Shown piece after piece: positions 58,753 to 64,000 of a stretch of 64,000 bases of DNA. This DNA is from Marsupella aquatica. Lineage: Eukaryota; Plantae; Marchantiophyta. The notes beneath the pieces are model-generated. The model worked only from the letters and a program-made list of their open reading frames with translations. It was not told the DNA's origin and did no database searches. The stretch is from assembly GCA_973895155.1 (NCBI GenBank), contig OZ316895.1, forward strand, positions 13,946,225 through 14,010,224. The letters are read 5' to 3'. The translations under genes and the position numbers were made by a program. Every line of letters starts with the position of its first letter. Position 1 is the stretch's first letter.

Positions 58753-61700
58753 TTTCAAGCCAGCATGAACATGTGCCAAGCTTGGATCTACTGTACCATC
58801 AATGTTGGGAAGGTGACATGGTGCACAGTTGCGCACATGATCCTTCCAAACCATACCATCGCGTCCCTCCAACATCAGGACACCAGAAGGCAACACTTCA
58901 CGCACACGTAAGATTGTCCGGCCTGCGGTCACATCAAGTGTCGTGGGTGCTGTCTGCTGCAAATAAACATAATCATCGGGATGAAATCGTCGAATGCTTG
59001 CACGGTAACCTCCTCCACGAATAGTGGCATACCTCAAAGTATCACGATGTTGGGCAATGGCAAGGTTGTTAAAAGCCATGGGCATCACTCTCTGAAATAC
59101 CCGTGCTCTTTCTGAACACACCTTGACCCAAACATCAGGATCATCCAAGTTCACAACTGGTGCAGCATGACGACGAATAGCTGCTGGCAAATCTGGCTCT
59201 CTACCATAGAGCAAAAAGTAGGGTGAGAAGGATGCAAGTGATGCTTGCCGACTGAAACGGTAGCCCATAGCTAACCAAGGTAGCTGGAGATCCCAATCTC
59301 CTAGATGACCAACCTGCAAGCCATACTTACGCAATCCTCTCTTCACAGTTTGCACAACTCTCTCAGCTAATCCATCTGCCTCAGGATGATCACGAGAGGT
59401 GGTGCGATGATCAATCAGAGCTTGTTCACACAAACTCTCAAACTCTCCACGGAACTCAGTTCCCTGATCAGTCAACACCTCAGCTGGTGCTCCAAAATGA
59501 CTGAGTACACGATCCAAAAATGTAGCAGCAACTCCTCCACTGGCTTTATCTGGCAACGCCACTAGCTCAATCCACTTGGAGAAGTGCTCCACCATGACCA
59601 AAACATACCGATTATGACGTTGGGTAAGAGGTAATGGACCAGCAAAATCCAAACTCCAACGATATCCCAAACCCATGATCGGTAATGGGTGCAACTGGGG
59701 AGTGGGAGCATTAAATGATGCTCTCACTCTGTCACATACCACACACTTAGCTATCAACTGCTGGACATGAGTGTGCATACCACGCCACCAATACTGCGTC
59801 TGCAGCAAGCTGTAAGTGCGCTTCACACCAAAGTGACCCAACTCCTCGTGCGCATGTCGCACCAAATGTACTCGTTGTGATGGTTTTGGTACCACCAACA
59901 TCCTACCATCATGCAGTACTCTCAAAAGATGGTTTCCCTCCCATCGAAACCTCTTGGCTCTCTGTAGAACCCTGTCACGTTCCTTGGCATCAACACTGCC
60001 AACAATAGAACTATTGCGCAGATATTCCAACACTCTCACATCATTGTGAATATCTTGTTGTCCAGAAGTTACCTCACCAACATCCACATCTGAAGACTCA
60101 TCACCCACTCCATCCAATGAAGTAGAGTCCACAGATCCACTGTATGCTGGCACCCAACAAAGAAAGGCAGATGCATGCCATCCTGGCACCATCTCTTTAT
60201 CTGACTCATCATGCCATCTAGCTCCAGTCTCATCCTGCTGACTGGTACATGGATTGCGGCTTAATCCATCTGCATCCAAGTTCACTTTTCCAGGCCTATG
60301 CACCACCTGGAAATCATACTCCTATAACAACAATGCCCATCATGCAAGCTTCCCTGTAAGCTTGTCAGACTCCATTAACCACTTAAGAGGCTGATGATCA
60401 GTGATCAAGGTGAAGGGGTTACCAAACAAGTAGCAACGAAAGTGTGCAACAGCCCACACTGCTGCCAAACACTCTCCCTCATAAGAGCTATACTTAGCCT
60501 CTGCTGAATTGTTTGATCTACTGGCATAAGCCACAACAAACTCATTCCCCTCATCATCCTTCTGAGTCAGCACTGCTCCAAGTCCTACTCCACTCCAATC
60601 AGTGTGTAGCTGAAATGGTCTGCCTGAAATGGGTCTTCTCAAAATAGGGGATGATGTCAACCTTTGCTTCAACTCCTGAAAGGCATGCTCCTGGTCATCA
60701 CCCCAAATCCATTCCTAATCCAACTTAGTGAGTATGGTCAAAGGTTTAGCAAGCTGGCTAAATCCTTTAACATACCTCCTGTAGTAGCTCGCCAATCCCA
60801 AGAATGCACGAACTCTACTCACATCAGTAGGACAAGGAATCTGTGTAATGGCCTCCACTTTAGTCTGTTGTACACCCAATCCCCCTGGGTATATGGTGTG
60901 GCCCAAATACTCAATCTGGTCTTGGAAGAACTTACACTTGCTAGGATGGAGCTTCAACCCATGTGCTCTCAATCTCTCCAACACAGTCTGCAAGTGCTGC
61001 TGATGTTCTTCCACAGTAGAAGAATAGACCAAAATATCATCAATATAACATCTGACAAAATCCAAACCTGCAAGGATTCGATCCATGACTCTCTGGAACT
61101 CAGCTGGGGCATTCTTCAACCCAAATGGTAAGAATAACCATTGATACAAACGATCTTTGCCATAAGAATCAATCCCCCAGAATGCTGTCTTGGACCTGTC
61201 AGCATGCCTAATTGGAAGCTGATGGTATCCTGCCCTCAGATCCAATGAACTGAAAACCTTTGCATGCCCCACAGCATCAAAGATCTCCTCAGGTGTGGGC
61301 ATGGCATATCGATCAGATTTTGTCTGGCGATTAATAGGTCTGTAATCACCACACATGCGCCTATCTGTGTAATTGCCATGCACATCCTTCTTGGCTGGCA
61401 TCACTGTGGCAGATGCATACTCCCCATATAAAATCTCCACCAATCCAGCCTCCAACAAATCTTGAGTTCTGCTTTGAATCAGAGCTCTCTCCATGTCACT
61501 ATAACGGTATGGTCTACGAAAGATTGGCGCATCACTAGCCAATTCAATCTGAATACCAGGGCCCTTCAATGTCCCCAAATCCTTCATGCTGAATGCAAAA
61601 CAATTCCAATAACTCTTCAGGAATCGATGCATGCGACGTCTCTCCTCCCCTGTTAACTTAGGGCCAAGCTGTGGTTCCCAACTCTCCACCAAATTCCTAA

Positions 61701-61924
61701 TATCTCTTTGTAGGGTAGAAGAGATAGCCGATGATTGCTATTTAGCAGTAGATTGAGCAGTCTCTTCCTGCTCAACAATCTGTCCAGCTGCCAATCCTGT
61801 CATAGGTCCATGGACTGTCTGCTCGCCCCCAGCTGTGGTCAATACTGTCTCAGTGGACCGCAAGCTCACCAAGGGACAATCAGTAATTCCGGCAGAGCGC
61901 ATCCGCAACTGTTCAGCTACTCCC

Positions 61925-62877
61925 AAGCTGATAATCCAAGTCAAACAATTCAAATCCATTGCTTGACCAAGAACCTGGCGCCGCAAACCCTCTGACACAG
62001 AGGCAACTATAGTGGTGCCAGTCAAAAATCCCATAGCACGCTCTCTCTCATCAGCAGTAGGCTCCACTAACTGTTGGAGAGCTGTGTCCCATACAAGTCC
62101 AGGGCCACCTGCTCTGAATGCATATGAAGCAGAGTGGCTTACAAGAGTGGGTAATGCACAACGTGGGCACCCAACTGCATTGACCATTGCCAATGGAGGT
62201 CTATCAGGTTGGGTCACACCCTATGCACGACGCCCTGGATCCAAAATATCATCCACCACTAAGGCTGGTGAGCGTGGAATGCTGTCAAATACACGCTTCA
62301 GCACCTCACATGGGATCAAATTAGTCCATCATAAGCGTGGACGATGTGCACGAGAACCCACACGTGCAGCATCCAATAACACAGCAGGTCCAATCCAAGA
62401 CCTCACTTGGTGAACACTGGCAACAATCCGACTACGATCATCACCTAACAATGACACATTCTCCAAAATGTATGTTGGAGACTGTGTCTGATGTAGCTGG
62501 AGGTGACGCAGCACCCATAACATCTCCCAAAACAATGCAGAGTGTGGATCATGAAGTCCATGCCCAATGCCAGCTCTAGATTGGCCCTGACATGGCCAAC
62601 CAGCAATCACCAAATCAATGGGGCCAACACGATGTAGATGATCCGCCCCCAGCAATGAAATATCAGTAGGTAGTGCATGCTGATAACCACGAACAGCATC
62701 CACTGGTAGCAACTATGGATATCTATCCACCAACATAGCCACATGTCGCAATGAGACCCTCCGTGCTGTCTCATCTGTCTCCACATACAAATAACGACGC
62801 ACAGGAATTCCTGCCTGAAGAATAGCAGCCAATCCAGTGCTAATCCCACCAAAAAGATCCAACAAACAAATACCCTC
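61925..62877 (-). other. C5-cytosine DNA methyltransferase domain (DNMT3-like) inside the Gypsy polyprotein
   Basis: Motif I LLDLFGGISTG (~62850); II YVETD; IV DLVIAGWPCQGQS (PCQ 62587-62595); V SALFWE; VI ILENV (62455-62463); VIII LDAARVGSRAHRPRL*WTNL; IX ERERAMGF; X RRQVLGQAMD (~61960). Canonical, non-permuted order. Confidence 0.93.
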
Positions 62878-64000
62878 CGGTGAATATTGCCAAGCAATAG
62901 GAGTGGTATCCAATGGTGAAAGAGTCACAGGTCCATCTGCAAGAGACTGCTCTACTCCTGACTGTGGTGTAAAAGCATGACGCCATGCATCATGTACCAA
63001 TCGTGCTGCTGCCTGTGGCAAGGCTTGTGCAGTGCCCCACACTAGTGGCACAACACTGCCAACAGGTAACCCTCGCATGATGTGCTCCTCATGAGACTCC
63101 TCCAATGGTGGAACATCGGTTGCATGCGCATTACCCTCAATCAAATCATCAGGTCCAGCAATTACACCACTGAATGCTGCCAAAGACAATGGTGTGGATT
63201 TAGAGCCTCCCACAGGTCCACTAAATCTCACTGGCAATTTGCTCAATCGAGCATCTCCTGACTGCCAATCAGGTCTATATGACACTGATTCCTCCCAAAA
63301 ATCAAGAATAAATTCCATGGGGTAGAGCACTGTACATCCCACCAACACATCATATAACTCTGCCTTAGTCAGAATAGCTCGCGCCTGTATCTGTGAGCTA
63401 TCTGTGGTATGACCTTCCTGAATCCTCAAATCAAGTGGTCTCCTGGTGATATGCTGTGTAGGTGTAGGTCCCCCCAATGAAGTCTGAATGGGAAAGGGAC
63501 AATCCTCCAAATCCTCTGGACGCAATCCCAATCCACGTATGGCAGACTTCCCCAACATCAAGGGCTGAGCACCAGTATCCAGTAACACTCTCTCTGGCTG
63601 GTATACTGCTCCAGAAGGCCCAACTAATCGGAAGATACCACTCCGATTATCCAATGACACAACACTAGATTTAAACCTAGTCCTCTCAAATGCAACGCGT
63701 GTTGGTAAATCCACCAACCTCGCTACTGCTGCATGCCATGTCTCACTAGTAGCAGTAGGTGGCATGGTCTTCACTGCATCAACACTGCAAGTTGCTTCTG
63801 CATGGGAAGCAACCACTGGAGTGTCCTCACAGAGTGTAGCTGTCAATCTGAACATTTCTGCAGGACCAACTCCCAAGTTCAGCATGTCTGTCGCTGAAAA
63901 TAATGGGGTGCGTACTATGGCAGTAGCCGCCCCCAGCAAGGTACCTGTCATCCCTGCTGCATCACTACCTGATTCTGCCAACTTACCCACATCAGGGTTT

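Larger units (their letters stand above)
58612..64000 (-). mobile_element. Ty3/Gypsy polyprotein: protease - DNMT3-like methyltransferase - RT - RNase H - integrase - PHD (one frame, 7 premature stops)
   Basis: Protease LLDTGA (~63575); RT RMCGDYRPIN, LDLRAGYHQL, PFGLKNAPAEFQ, CYIDDILV; RNase H LHTDWS, YEGECLA, TDHQPL; integrase HEELGH...CVVC, LDFAGP, LTDQGTEF, DGLAER. Order PR-RT-RH-IN defines Gypsy. Gag and the 5' LTR are outside the window. Confidence 0.97.

Noticed and set aside
60322-62715. Stops as programmed readthrough or U-to-C editing sites
   Set aside because: Seven scattered stops, some inside folded domains; plant U-to-C editing is organellar and could not repair TGG to TGA. Mutation is the simpler explanation.
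61925-62877. Methyltransferase as a host gene or bacterial restriction-modification contaminant
   Set aside because: Intronless, in frame with protease and RT, with no separate start or stop and the same mutation pattern as the rest of pol.

Overview
Eukaryotic nuclear DNA from a land plant, probably a non-seed plant such as a bryophyte (inferred from gene and transposon style; species not determinable). Four intron-rich host genes: PP4 regulatory subunit 3 (SMEK/PSY2L-like, +, 17199-28085), MCM2 (+, 32706-39635), a fructosamine-3-kinase-family protein-ribulosamine kinase (+, ~46075/46851-49746) and chloroplast outer-envelope pore OEP16 (-, 50837-52706). They are flanked by transposon-rich blocks: a nested Copia / LTR / MuDR cluster with a retroelement accessory ORF at 1-15 kb, Copia remnants and MITEs at 40-45 kb and 55-58 kb. 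The standout is a Ty3/Gypsy LTR retrotransposon (-, 57832 to beyond 64000). Its single polyprotein frame carries a full-length DNMT3-like C5-cytosine methyltransferase between protease and reverse transcriptase and ends in a PHD finger after integrase. Its 3' end is also unusual: PPT, a 138-bp copy of the LTR 3' end, a palindromic CA-gc-TG junction, then a full LTR. This copy has seven in-frame stops, all explicable as C-to-T or G-to-A transitions, and no frameshifts. All coordinates and alignments were read by eye; no database searches were run.
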